From contig OZ024748.1 in assembly GCA_964016885.1 (NCBI GenBank), positions 45,508,001 through 45,572,000 of the forward strand: a stretch of 64,000 nt of DNA, given 5' to 3'. Below, one piece after another: positions 1 through 13,282 of this stretch (position 1 is the stretch's first letter; the number at the start of each line of letters is the position of its first letter). The DNA comes from Eledone cirrhosa (lineage: Eukaryota). The position numbers and the translations under genes were made by a program. The notes under the pieces are model-generated. The model did no database searches and had not been told where the DNA came from. It saw nothing but the letters and a program-made list of their open reading frames with translations.

Positions 1-1083
1 ACACCACACCACACTACACTACACAACACTACACTACACCACACTACACCACACTACACTACACCACACCACACTACACCACACTACACCACACCACAGT
101 ACACTACATCACAGTACACCACACCACACCACACCATACTACCCCACACCACACTATACAACACCACACTACACTACACTACACTACAAAACACACCACC
201 ACACGACACCACACTACACCATACCACGCTACACTACACTAAACTACACCACACTACACTACACCACACTACACCACACTACACTACACTACAATACACT
301 ACACTACACCACACTACACTATATTACACTACACTACACCACACTACACTACACCACACCACACTACACTACAATACACTACAGCACACTACACTACACT
401 ACACCACACTACACTACACTACACCACACTACACTACACTACACCACACTGCACCACACTACACTACAATACACTACACTACACCACACTACACTACACA
501 ACACCACACTACACTACAATACACTACACTACACCACACTACACTACACTACACCACACCACACCACACTACAATACAATACACTACACTACACCACACT
601 ACACTACACTACACCACACTACACTACACTACACTACACAACACCACACTACAATACACTACACTACACCACACTACACTACACCACACTACACTACAAT
701 ACACTACACTACACTACACTACACAACACCACACTACACCACACTACACTACACTACAATACACTACACTACACCACACTACACTACACTACACCACACT
801 ACACAACACTACACTACACTACACTACACTACACTACACTACACTACACCACAATACACTACACTACACCACACTACACTACACAACACCACACTACACT
901 ACAATACACTACACTACACCACACTACACTACACTACACTACACTACACCACACTACACCACACTACACCACACTACACCACACTACACTACACTACACT
1001 ACACTACACTACACTACACTACACTACACTACACTACACTACACCACACTACACTACACAACACCACACTACACCACACTACA
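1..1083. repeat. Pentanucleotide satellite (CACTA/CACCA)n
   Basis: Continuous 5-bp period CACTA with CACCA/CAATA/CACAA variants from the window start to 1083. Confidence 0.95.
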
Positions 1084-1840
1084 CTTGGAATAAAAGGACA
1101 TTACTGGACGGAGGGTGGGATTAAGGGTTGAAGGTGATTTTGGTGTGAAATTGAGCTGCAACGAGACATCATGCGAGAAGTGGGGTGGGGGTTAACGAGA
1201 AATGTGGGCGGGGCTTTGTAATTAATTAAGGACCAGCTGGATATTAGTAGACATCAGATGTAACTGGAGACTATGGGCGTGGTCTTGCTGTTAATTAAGG
1301 AGAGCAACTGATTACAAATCAATGGATGGGATGGGAATGTGCAAATTGATTTTACATGCATTTGTGAGAAATATGAAGAGGACAGTTATGTTGAAGTAGG
1401 ACACTGTTGTTTGTGTTGTTGTTGCTGTCGTTGTTGTTTAGATCCGGGTCAACCTAAGGTTAAGCAGATCTACAAGGTAAGGCATTCCAAATATGACCAT
1501 CACATGATGATTTCAGAGATGTCCAAGAATTCACAATCCAATCCACCCATACCATTTTAATGGCGAATATATGGTGTCTAAGACTTATGTTGCAGCAAGC
1601 TTTGAAACCATGGGTAGCATGCAGAGGATTTGAACATTTATTTACAATTATATCCTTTATATAGGAAAAGATTTATACTACGTTACATACAAAAACATAC
1701 ACAAGCACATAAACACACCGACATTTAAATATATACATGTACGTGGATATACATGTAATTCACCTCCATGTTTTTTTTTGCGTACCTTTCACTCGATTTT
1801 CTCGTTTATCTTTTTATTTGTCCCTTTATCTCTCATTCAC

Positions 1841-1876
1841 TCTTCTGAAAAAGGGCGAACCTCTGAAACGTTAAGA
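1841..1876 (+). ncRNA. Decayed minimal hammerhead ribozyme (family D)
   Basis: tctt-CTGAAAA-agggcgaacctct-GAAA-cg-TT-aaga; stem I tctt/aaga, core G8->A. Downstream sequence is similar to the copy at 40913-40948 (-). Confidence 0.6.
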
Positions 1877-2433
1877 ATATTTCCCTCCTGTATCAACAGT
1901 TAAACTAATATATATCTTCATTGTATTCTATCGTTCCTCTCTTTGTTTGCTTGTTTCATATTGATAAGCATTAGATTCAAATATTAATAATTATTTCATT
2001 ATCATATATTTTGATCCAAACGATGAGGTGTGTTTTATTACTTCTTTTGACAATTATACTTTGTTAATAAACTAGCCCGAACTCGCTATCTTACAGGTAT
2101 CGTATTTATTTTGCACGATAGGTATACCTATATGGAAGCAAATATATACATAGGAGGCCAGAGATTGTATATATATACTTGTCGCATAAGGTGGTTTCCT
2201 ATTTAAAAACATGGTGCAATATAGAAAGAGCACACGACATCATGTATGTTCAATCAATTTTGATAGGGCATCGTATGGCGCATTTAAATATAAAACGAAT
2301 GTTAGATTTCATAATTTTATATATGTATGTAATTGAATATTTACTCCAGAAATTTGTTGAGAGCTTTGAATCAATTGTAAATATCTATATTTGTTGCATT
2401 TCCAACAAATTAAATATCTCTTATACGCACACA

Positions 2434-2482
<49 letters not shown>

Positions 2483-2494
2483 ACACACACACAG

Positions 2495-2603
<109 letters not shown>

Positions 2604-2730
2604 TATACATATATATATGAATATTTGCAATAATTTCTCTATGTGAAAGATGTCAAAATTCTAAATAATTACTTTATCGCCATAATCGTAATGTGTACAT
2701 ACGGTGATGGGGCCATTACCATTAAGTTAG

Positions 2731-2797
<67 letters not shown>

Positions 2798-2900
2798 CAT
2801 TTATATATATATATATACATTACATACATATAAATTTACACACGCACACACATATATACACACATATATATACGTATGCATATACACACACGAGGACACT

Positions 2901-3069
<169 letters not shown>

Positions 3070-3503
3070 CATATATATGCACACACATATACATATGCAT
3101 CAAAGGACATGATAGTGTCTTCCGTCATTGCTCTCTTATTGATGTATATTTTCCACACACCATTTTCAAAGATGTAAAAAATGATTATGTTGATAATGAT
3201 TATATTTAAACTGAAAAATACGAAAATACGAAAAAACAAAATACAAATTATGACTACCAACTAAATATTAAAATTAAAATAGAAAATAAAAAGAGAGCAG
3301 GAAACTCTCTGTGATCTTAAAACAAAGCATTACCAAACCATTCAATTGTATGAGATGGACAGACGATAAAAAAATGGTTCTGCATTTGTTTCTTTTGTTT
3401 TTTTTTTGTATCATTGCGCATGCATAACCGGAAGCTACAGACGGAAATTATAACTATCTCTTTCTATCACTTTCTCTGTCTGTATCCTGCTCTTTCTTTC
3501 TTT

Positions 3504-3579
<76 letters not shown>

Positions 3580-3726
3580 GGGTGTGTATGATTGTGTATA
3601 GAAGATTATATTAATAACAGGAATTCCAACTTTGTCTGATTTATTCGTTTTATTTACAATCGTTTAAAATTATAATGGTATTATAATGAAATAGTATGAT
3701 AGAATATTAAATGTTAAATGTTAATT

Positions 3727-3763
3727 GGACAAGTAATTTCATGCTTTCGCAATCTTCAGGGTC
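3727..3763 (-). ncRNA. Minimal hammerhead in the pLTR of PLE A (family H)
   Basis: gacc-CTGAAGA-t-tgc-gaaa-gca-t-GAAA-ttac-TT-gtcc; intact core, stems I and III partly decayed. Consensus with 17363-17399 gives gaac/gttc and palindromic gtac. Confidence 0.75.
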
Positions 3764-4171
3764 ATATTCAGTGGTGACAGTCAGGTTGGCAATTTTCAAC
3801 TGTAATGAGATGGCTAAAAACTGTGTCTTATATACAGTTAAAAGGGGCTACAGAATGCTATGTTTTGCAAACTGTATTTCGACCAATCGGTGTGTGGTTT
3901 CACTAGATTACTAAAGCTGATTGGTTTAGGCGCCACGGTCGGTTGAGCATGTCTAACGACTTCTATTTGACCCTATCCAAAGCACCAATTGTTTTGCTAT
4001 TTTTAGAAATGATGAAATTAGCATTTTCTAGGGTTTTTATAAAAAATCTTCAGTAATCATCAAAATCAACATCACTTTTATTATTATTATTGTTGTTCTT
4101 GTTGTTGTTAGTGGTGGTAGCCGACATAGCCGTAGGCGTAGTCATAGTAGAAGTAATACCCCTAAGCATTA

Positions 4172-5228
4172 TTATTGTTCATTTAACTTGGGTTGGAATT
4201 TATCAATAAAATTCTTTTCTTTAATTTTTCTCTTGATTTCACTTGGGCTGTGTAGTTTGTAGAATGGAAATATTATAAATATTTTCTGTCCTCATGTTGC
4301 TAGATGGTTACTCAGGGGTATATGACGGACATTTGGGTCTCTGATTTGCTGTCAGTGCACCCGTGCACGTTCCGATAGTGCATTTCCAGATTGACCGACA
4401 TATAGTTCTTCACAATTCGGGCATTTAATGCAGTAAATTAGATTTCTGCTTTTGCAGTTCATATTTGCATTTGGGAATATTTTTCCAGTTTTTGTGTTCA
4501 TATATTGACAAGTATGTATGAACATGTGCCACATCGACTATCATTGCATTTAGATACAGTGAATGATTGGTCTTTGTTGTTAAGGTCAAACTTTGCTTTT
4601 GTTAGTAACTGCTTCAAATTTTTCGGCTCTCTTTTACTAAGATTCAAAGTTCGGTCTGTGACTAAACCTTTTAATTCATTACTTTGAGCAATGATTGGCA
4701 GGTTTGCTCTGGCAGTGTTGAAGATATTCTGGTGACATGGGTTGTGTGTCATTATAAATGGTATGACCAGTTCTTGGTTTCTTCTTCCTTGGGTTGTCCT
4801 AAGTTGTTGTATAGGTATTTTTATAACCCGCTGTGCCATTTTCTATAAGTAGGGTAATTTTGTTTCAGCAAAAATTCTCTCAGTTCTGTTAGGCGTTTGT
4901 TCCTGGTATTCGTATCTTCTACAATGGCACAAATTCTTCTGACTAGGCAATATGGGATGTTGCGTTTTGTATGAGGTGGATGACACGACTTAAAATTCAG
5001 ATATTGATGGGTGTCTGTGTGTTTATAGTATATATCCGTGGTAATGGTGGTGTCGTTTTTGATTACCATTATATCTGGGAATGGTAATTTGGTACTAGTC
5101 ATCTCTTTTGTAAATTGGAGAGATGGGTGTAGGTTATTCAGGAGGATATTGAACTCATCCAGAGTATCTAGAGATTCTTTCCAGATGATGAAACAATCGT
5201 CAATGTATCTCTTCCAAGACTTTTCAAT
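4172..5228 (-). pseudogene. PLE reverse transcriptase (motif C to thumb) plus GIY-YIG endonuclease, frameshifted
   Basis: WKRYIDDCFIIW, LPFPDIMV...TDIYYKHTDTHQYLNFKSCHPPHTKRNIPY, CNDSRCGTC linker, NLIYCIKCPNCEELYVGQSGNALSERARVH, ending FQPKLNEQ*; several frameshifts and stops. Confidence 0.92.
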
Positions 5229-6010
5229 GAGTAGCAGTCACTAATGTCGAATTGTATGAAGTTATATGTTTCTCTATTGCTTATTTTGCTGAACCAGTCT
5301 ATTGCTTCGTTAGTGTTACCCCATAGCTTAATTACTAGTTTGTCCTTAATTTGTTCGATTACTCTATCTAGTATATACTTTCTAATTCTACCGATATCCG
5401 ACTTAGATGGGTATATTAATCTAATTGTGGGGTCTGTTTCGAAATTATTTTTGTGATCTTTTAGGCTAAATGTGGGCTTACAAGGAGTTAAAGGCTCGGT
5501 TCTATCAGATATTTTCATTTTTTTTTACTATGCTAAGTCCTTCCTTATTAATGCTAGTGAGTGCAGATTCAATTGTTTTTTTTGTGCAATTCTCGGCGTA
5601 TAAAATTATTGTATGTATTGAGGCTCATGGTGTATACGTTTGATGTTTTGTCCGCTTTTACTATAATACCGTTGGTGTTGCGTAGTTTTTTTTAGTAGTG
5701 CATTGATGTCCTTTTGCAATTTGTTGTGATGTGTCATTTTTAAAAATTTAGTTCCACTTATCATGTTCATGAGGTCGAGTTCGAAGGCATCGAGCTGGGG
5801 GTTATTTGGTGGATTTTTGCAGGATTTGAATCCGTATTTTTTCCTGGTAAATTCCCCCGTGTTATTAGCGAGTCCCTTGTCGTAATGGTATGCTTTCCAT
5901 CGGATTCGACGGATGAAATCATTAGTACGTTGTATCATGCCGAGTGTGTAGTCCTTGTTTATAGGTAGTGGTATGTTTTTCAGTGACATGCCTATGTGGT
6001 GCTTTTCCAT
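5229..6010 (-). pseudogene. N-terminal and RT-fingers part of a second PLE (B, probably Hydra-clade type)
   Basis: MSLKNIPLP...FIRRIRWKAYHY...YGFKS...FELDL, SLKDHKNNF...RLIYPSKSDIGRIRKYILD...WGNTNEAIDWF...FIQFDISDCY; frameshifts. Clade assignment is from recalled motifs only. Confidence 0.8.
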
Positions 6011-6051
6011 GTTAGTGCCGTGCGTTAAGGTTGTTGCTCAACCTAGTGGGA

Positions 6052-6384
6052 GCCGTGTATATGGGATAACAGGTTATCGTTATAGGTAATCCAGTTAGAG
6101 GTTATGAGTACTCCGCGTCGTGGATAGTTTTAACGTACGGCTTTGTTTGACTCAACAAGACGTTTCCATAGTTATGCAGCGAGATCGCAGAATATAAGAT
6201 TAGCTGGTCGAAATTATCGGTAGCAAAAGCCTACAGCAACGGTATGTCCTACTGCGGGCTTTGTAATTTAGAACTACTACATATTTTAAGGTGCGATAGG
6301 ATGCTGCTTAACAGCAAAATAGAAAGATCTATTTTCAGCAGGCATAAAATAGCTACTAGATTTATGAACTTCAAACCACCATGA
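6052..6384 (+). pseudogene. Inverted C-terminal GIY-YIG fragment of PLE B type
   Basis: The frame from 6181 reads EIAEYKISWSKLSVAKAYSNGMSYCGLCNLELLHILRCDRMLLNSKIERSIFSRHKIATRFMNFKPP* (CxxC, LLN, RH motifs of the PLE endonuclease end); degenerate VYMG and STR remnants lie upstream. Confidence 0.75.
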
Positions 6385-7009
6385 TTTGAACCAGCAATCC
6401 AAAAATTAGTACTGAACCACCTAGATTTTAACATATAGCATTTTACACCATGGCACCGCTATTAGCTATCAAACTGCCAACTGGTCACTGGATCATAAAT
6501 CTCTATACACTTCTTCCACTCTTTCTCCATCAACCCCATTAAGATAGAACAATCAGCAAAACATTTACAACAAGCGTTTATTAAACGTCCCGTCACCCCT
6601 AGTCCATAAATATAATACATGTATACATCAATTAATCTCTAATGTATTGTCTTTTCTTTAATCGGACCCTCTACACGTATTTATCTACATCTCAAATCTG
6701 GTTTCTCATGTTAGCACCAACGAATCCTTATAAGAACACTTACTCAAAAACTACTAATATCTACTTGCACTCTTACTTATTTATTTCTTCATATTTTCCA
6801 TTTCCTCATTTTCTTATTATTTTTTAATGTACCCTATATTATATTTTACTTTTTACATCTGTAACTTCTCTATCTATTTACCATACATGTTTTATTATTG
6901 ATGTTATTGTTTTAATTATACGCTATTTTATTATTGATGTTATTGTTTTGGTTTTACACTGTTTTTTCTATATAAGTCTTGCCTCGAGTGAATTATTTTC
7001 ATATCTACA

Positions 7010-7118
7010 TACTCTGATGTGTTGACAAGTGGTGAACAATGTATTGGAGATCGATTGACGCAACCTCAAGCGATTAGCAAACTCTAGACACACCTGATCA
7101 ACGAAACAATTGTCAGTA
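7010..7118 (+). ncRNA. Hammerhead with ~80-nt extended stem II (family C)
   Basis: tact-CTGATGT-gttga...tcaac-GAAA-caattg-TC-agta; palindromic stem III, A9->T. Related copies at 17637-17742 and 25370-25450. Confidence 0.72.
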
Positions 7119-7168
7119 CTTTAAATAAAGCCCTTATTGTACAGCCAACCATGTTACTCTTCTTTCTT

Positions 7169-7252
<84 letters not shown>

Positions 7253-7294
7253 TACAATTATTAATAAAATAGATGTTCTTTTGATCAATTAAAT

Positions 7295-7344
7295 GTTATT
7301 ATACATATTTCAGAGGTACAACAGTACGTCCTCATCAGACAAAA
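7295..7344 (-). ncRNA. Hammerhead ribozyme, intact core (family G)
   Basis: ttttgt-CTGATGA-ggacgtactgttgtacctct-GAAA-tatgta-TA-ataa. Confidence 0.75.
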
Positions 7345-7615
7345 TATAATGATACATGACATACCCTGAGATGTTAAATGGTTATTATTAGTTAAGTATA
7401 TCTCAGCTTTTGATTTTTTTTGCATATATATCTATAGTGTATTATAACATAATTACCGTTTACTTTAACGTATAGTTTGTACAAATATATAGTTTGTGCA
7501 AATATAGATATTTGTATAATAGCATATTTATTTGATGTACTTTAAGTAGAACTTATATAGAAATTTAATATAATATAACAAATATTAATTTATTACCATA
7601 ATTCCACACAGATAT

Positions 7616-7649
<34 letters not shown>

Positions 7650-8338
7650 AGTTGCTGAAAACTCTGCGTTAATCATTACACTAACTACTTGACAATTAAT
7701 TTTTAGATATTTCTAACAATAAGTACTTCATAAGCTTTACATACCGAAAATGTTGACATTTTTATAGGTAATTTTCGTTAAAGATTACATTTAGGAAAAT
7801 ATTTAACAGTGTAAATTTTCCTTTTGCTGACCAGGTAAATCCTTTAAATTTTATCCTCATAAAATTAATAAGTTTAAAAATGTTAACACATTGATTGAAT
7901 TTATAAAATTAATAAATATAAATAACCATCAACTTTAAAAAAAACCTAAAATCTTGATTCTTCACCCTTAAAATAACATAAATTAAATGTTTTGAAACTT
8001 AACCGTTTAACTTTTAGGGAAAAAAAAATCTCTTTCTGCATATATTACTCCCCTTTATCTTTCCCTCTCTTTAAATCCTCTTTCAGCGGCCTTCATAAAC
8101 AGTTATAATTCATGAGACGTTTTCCTAGATAACCATAACTTGTAGTATCTTACATTTTAAAATCTCTATAGCTGTCACATTAACCAACGTTTTTCTTACT
8201 CACACATTGAATTTATTACGTTTTCGCATTTTCTCATTATCAGGGTATAAATGTTGAGTTTTCTCTTAGGTTAATCACTTCCAATCTACTGTAAAACTCA
8301 TTATTTGATGTACTCATTGAATCTTGTTTAACTCTTTA

Positions 8339-8372
<34 letters not shown>

Positions 8373-8511
8373 ATATATATATGTATATATATATACATGT
8401 ATATGAATATATATATATATGTATATGTATGTATATATGATTATTGAATATATATATATAAGTATATATATATATATATATATTGTGTTGTTGCAAATGT
8501 GATATATATAT

Positions 8512-8960
8512 AAAATGAAGAATTAAACATAGAAGCCAGGACTATCCATCATCAGTGGTCTATTAGCCATCATAAGTATTTCATCGCATTAAAGACCAGA
8601 TATCTCAGGCTAGCGCAATACAATAACTAAAATAAGTTATTGGGATAAAGAGAATTGGGTGGAGAAAGAGAGACAGGTAAACAAACACGAATGGTGAGGC
8701 AACGTAAAGAGAGGAAAAAATGAGAAAATCAAGTCACTGATTCATTTGAACATAAGAACTTGCGAATATTGACGAGAAGACGAAAGACACATCTTGGCCG
8801 TGCGAGGTCTCTCTTTCTCCACCCAATTCTTTTTATCCCAATAACTTATTTTTGTTATCGTATCGCGCTAGCCTGAGGTTTCTGGAAGAAATACCTATGA
8901 TGGCTAGTAGACCACTGAAGATGGATAGTCCTGGCTTCTATTTCTAATTCTTCATTTTAT
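8512..8960. mobile_element. Inverted-repeat insertion in (TA)n (family E) with a rearranged hammerhead in each arm
   Basis: Arms ~8512-8673 and ~8808-8960 are reverse complements; the minus strand is homologous to 44280-44700. Confidence 0.8.
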
Positions 8961-8982
8961 TTATATATATATGTATATGTGA

Positions 8983-9235
8983 AGGCGCATGGCTTAGTGG
9001 TTAAAGCATTGGGGTTGCAATCGAAAGGTTGTGAGTTCAGTTCTCGCACCGGATGATGTGTTGTTTCCTTGAGCATGACACTTTATTTCACGTTGCTCCA
9101 GTTTACTCAGCTGTAGAAATGAGTACCAGCCTGTCCGCCCAGCCAATGGGATGGCGTTATCTTATGGCTAAAATAGCACGACGTGCTGTGACCAGCGGCG
9201 CCGATTGGTGCCCGACAGACTGATTGGTCAAGGTG
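8983..9235 (+). mobile_element. tRNA-derived SINE
   Basis: Box A TGGCTTAGTGG, box B-like GAGTTCAGTTC, then the ttccttgagcatgacactttatttcacgttgctcc central domain. Confidence 0.8.
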
Positions 9236-9249
9236 ATATGTATATGTAT

Positions 9250-9313
<64 letters not shown>

Positions 9314-9382
9314 GAAAGGTATAGAAATTGTTTTAGCGAGAAGCTAATAGTATTCTATAACATATATATTTTACCAACTGTG

Positions 9383-9450
<68 letters not shown>

Positions 9451-9465
9451 GTTGGTAAAATTGAG

Positions 9466-9510
<45 letters not shown>

Positions 9511-9734
9511 GTTGGTAAAATTGAGATGTCTGTGATTTAAATTATTAGCTTTATCACATTCTATTGAATTGGATTGCTGAATCTCCCTGAGAATAACATA
9601 AACCATACCATTTCCGGCTCAATGCGCAGTCAGTTGTACGTTGATCTTAACAGCAGGCTGTTCCATTGATCAATCAAATGGAACATCCGTCGGCGGAACC
9701 GGGCATGTCCCTCCACCAACCACCACATACACAC

Positions 9735-10270
9735 ACATCTCCATCTTCATCATCATCATCACCATCTCCATCATCATCACCATCATCATCATCATCACTG
9801 CCATCATCATCATCATCATCATCAGCATCACCACCACCATCACCATAAGCATCACCACCATCACCATCATCACCATCATCATCACCATCACCATCTTCAC
9901 CATCACCACCACCATCACCACCACCATCATCACCATCACCATCACCACCATCATCATCACCATCACCACCATCATCTCCATCACCATCATCACCATCATC
10001 ATCATCACCATCACCATCTTCACCATCACCATCACCATCACCATCACCACCGTCATCATCACCATCACCATCTTCACCATCATCATCACCATCACCACCA
10101 TCATCTCCATCACCATCATCACCATCATCACCATCACCATCATCACCATCACCATCACCACCATCATCATCACCATCACCACCACCATCTTCAACATCAT
10201 CACCATCATCATCATCATCACCACCACCACCACCACCACCACCACCACCACCACCATCACCCTCACCATC
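9735..10270. repeat. (CAT/CAC)n compound microsatellite
   Basis: Trinucleotide repeat. Confidence 0.95.
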
Positions 10271-10384
10271 CAAGGTAGACATCTATTTTAATGAAAGAAG
10301 CCCACATTATTTGAGGGAATTTGGTAGTTGTTTCTAACACGCTGAGTAACCACATCGTGGATTCTCCTCTAGATTGCTGGTGGT

Positions 10385-10614
10385 GTGAATGTGTGTCTAT
10401 GTGTGCGTGCGTCTGTGTGTGCATGCGAGCATGCGTCTGTGTGTTTGTCTGTGTGTATGTCTGTGTGTATGTCTGTGTGAGTGTATGTGAGTATGTGTTT
10501 GTGTGTGTGTTTGTGTGTGTGCATGTTTGCGCGTGACTGTGTGTGTGTGTGTGTTGTGTGTGTCTCTGCATACGTGCGTTCTTCTGAGTGTGTCTGTGTG
10601 TCTATACGTGTGTT

Positions 10615-10646
<32 letters not shown>

Positions 10647-10707
10647 CGTGTGCGTGTGTGTGCGTGCGTGTGTGTGCGTGTGCGCGAGCATGTTTGGGCT
10701 TGACTGG

Positions 10708-10741
<34 letters not shown>

Positions 10742-10928
10742 TTCTGCATGCGTGCGTTCTTCTGGGCGTGTCCGTGTGTATGTATGTGTCTGTGTCTGTG
10801 TCTGTGAGTATGCACGCTGGGAGTATGTGTGTGTGTGTGTGTGCGTGCGTGTGTGTGTGTGTCTGTGTGTGAGTAGGTGTATGCGTGTGTGTGTCTGTGT
10901 GTGTAGCGTGAGTGCGCGCATCACGGCA

Positions 10929-10972
<44 letters not shown>

Positions 10973-12381
10973 TGTGAGTAGGTGTATGCGTGTGTGTGTC
11001 TGTGTGTGTGTAGCATGAGTGCGCACATCTCGGCGTGTGTCTGTGTCTGTGTGTGTGTGTGTGTGTGTCTGTCTGTAAGTGCTGCACGTGCTGTAAGTGT
11101 GTGTGTGTGTGTGTCTGTTTTTATGAATATGTATCCATAAAAATGTTTGTATGTGTGTGTAAAATATATTGTGTGTGTATAGATGATGTGTGTATATCAT
11201 ATATACGTGTGTCTTTCAAACTGTGTGTATGACGCGTGTGTGTGTATGACGCGTGTGTGTATATGACGCGTGTGTGTGTATATGAAGCGCGTGTGTGTGT
11301 GTGTGTGTGCATGACGCGTGTGTGTGTGTATATGACGCGTGTGTGTGTATGTGTGTGTGTATGACGCGTGTGTGTGTGTATGACGCTCGTGTGTGTGTGT
11401 ATGACGCGCGTGTGTGTGTGTATGACGCGTGTGTGTGTGTATGATGCGTGTGTGTGTGTGTATGACGCGTGTGTGTGTGTATGACGCGTGTGTGTGTGGG
11501 TGTATGACGTGTGTGTGTGTGTATATGTGTATGATGCGCGTGTGTGTGTATGACGTGTGTGTGTGTGTATGACACGTGTGTTTGTGTATGACGTGTGTGT
11601 GTGAATGACGCGTGTGTGTGTGTGTGTGTGTATGACGTGTGTTTGTGTGCGCGTGTGCGTGCGTGTGTGTCATATATATGTGTTTCAAATAGTGTGTATA
11701 TATATATATCATATACTGTATATGTCACGTGTGTGTGTGTGCGTGTGTATATGTGTGTGGTTGTCTTTGTATCTGTGTGTGTGTGTGTGTGCGTGTGTAT
11801 ATGTGTGTGTAGTTGTCTTTGTATCTGTGTGTGTGTGTGTGTGTGTGCGTGTGTATATGTGTGTGTGTGGTTGTCTTTGTATCTGTGTGTGTGTGTGAAT
11901 CTTTAACACTGTGTGTATGACATGTGTGTGTATCTCTACTTGCTTGTGCGTGTGTGTGCGCGCACGCGCGCGTGTGTGTGTGTGAATCTTTAAGACTATG
12001 TAGATATCATATGGTGTGTATGTCGTGTGGGTGTGTGTGTGTGTGATTTTGTATGTGTATGTGTGTGTGTGTGTGTGATTTTGTATGTGTATGTGTGTGT
12101 GTGTGATTTTGTATGTGTATGTGTGTGTGTGTGATTTTGTATTGGTATGTGTGTGTGTGTGATTTTGTATCGGTATGTGTGTGTGTGATTTTGTATATGT
12201 ATGTGTGTGTGTGATTATGTATATGTATGTGTGTGTGCGTGTGTGATTTTGTATGTGTGTGTGTGTGATTTTGTATATGTATGTGTGTGTGCGTGTGTGA
12301 TTTTGTATCTGTGTGTGTGTGTGATTTTGTATCTGTATGTATGTGTGTGATTTTGTATGTGTGTGTGTGTGATTATGCATC

Positions 12382-12413
<32 letters not shown>

Positions 12414-13125
12414 ATTTTGTATGTGTGTGTGTGATTTTGTATCTGTGTGTGTGTGTGTGTGTGATTTGGTATCTGTATGTGTGTGTATGTGTGTGTGATT
12501 TTGTATCTGTATGTGTGTGAGTGTGATTTTGTATCTGTGTGTGTGTGATTTTGTATCTGTGTGTGTGTGTGATTTTGTATATGTGTGTGTGTGTGTGTGT
12601 GTGACAATATATAAGTGTGTCAGTGTGTGTGTATATGACAATATATGTGAGTGTGTGTGTGTATATGGCTATATGTGTGAGTGTGTCAGCGTATGTGTGT
12701 GTATATGACAATATATGTGTCAATGTATGTGTATGTTTATGGCAATATATGTGTGATTGTAAATCAGTGTGTGTGTGTGTGTATGTGTGAGTGTGTGTGT
12801 GTGAGTGTGTGTGTGTGTGGCTATATGTGTGAATGTGAATCAGTGTGTGTGTGTGTATGTGTATGGCTATATGTGTGAGTGTGTGTGTGTTTATGACTAT
12901 ATATGTGATTGTAAATCAGTGTGTGTGTGTATGTGCATGCTATATGTGTAAGCGTGTGTGTGTGTGTTTACGACTATATATGTGATTGTAAATCAGTGTG
13001 TGTGTGTATGTGTATGCTATATGTGTGAGTGTGTGTGTGTTTACGACTATATATGTGATTGTAAATCAGTGTGTGTGTGTATGTGTATGCTATATGTGTG
13101 AGTGTGTGTGTGTGGGTGTGTGTAT
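10385..13125. repeat. (GT)n-derived compound satellite with recurring ATGACGC and GATTTTGTAT interruptions
   Basis: Blocks of different higher-order motifs on a GT backbone. Confidence 0.92.
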
Positions 13126-13139
13126 ACTGTTACAAGACC

Positions 13140-13241
13140 ACCAGCAACGGCGACAACAACAATAACAACAACTACAACAGCAACAACAAAACCAAGATCC
13201 ACTACTACAAGAATGACCGCAACAACAACAACAGCAACCCT

Positions 13242-13282
<41 letters not shown>

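Larger units (their letters stand above)
3575..5228 (-). mobile_element. Penelope-like retroelement A (Neptune-type), 5'-truncated, with 3' pseudo-LTR
   Basis: RT C-terminal part and GIY-YIG on the minus strand, followed by a pLTR containing an HHR (3727-3763) and ending at a (TA)n tract; the same pLTR recurs at 17277-17518. Confidence 0.88.

Noticed and set aside
1-1083. Pentamer array as a telomere
   Set aside because: The unit is TAGTG/TGGTG rather than TTAGGG and is heterogeneous.
4352-4354. In-frame TGA in the GIY-YIG domain as possible selenocysteine
   Set aside because: The position corresponds to Arg in RVHRQQI (likely CGA->TGA decay), the element has other disablements, and no SECIS is evident.
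6150-6250. GAAACGTC on the minus strand as a hammerhead half upstream of the PLE-B ORF
   Set aside because: There is no CUGANGA partner, and the segment is explained as decayed endonuclease coding sequence on the + strand.
7054-7076. TGAC...GAT in the family C insert as a SECIS element
   Set aside because: The helix is far too short and UGA/GA is not conserved in the other two copies.
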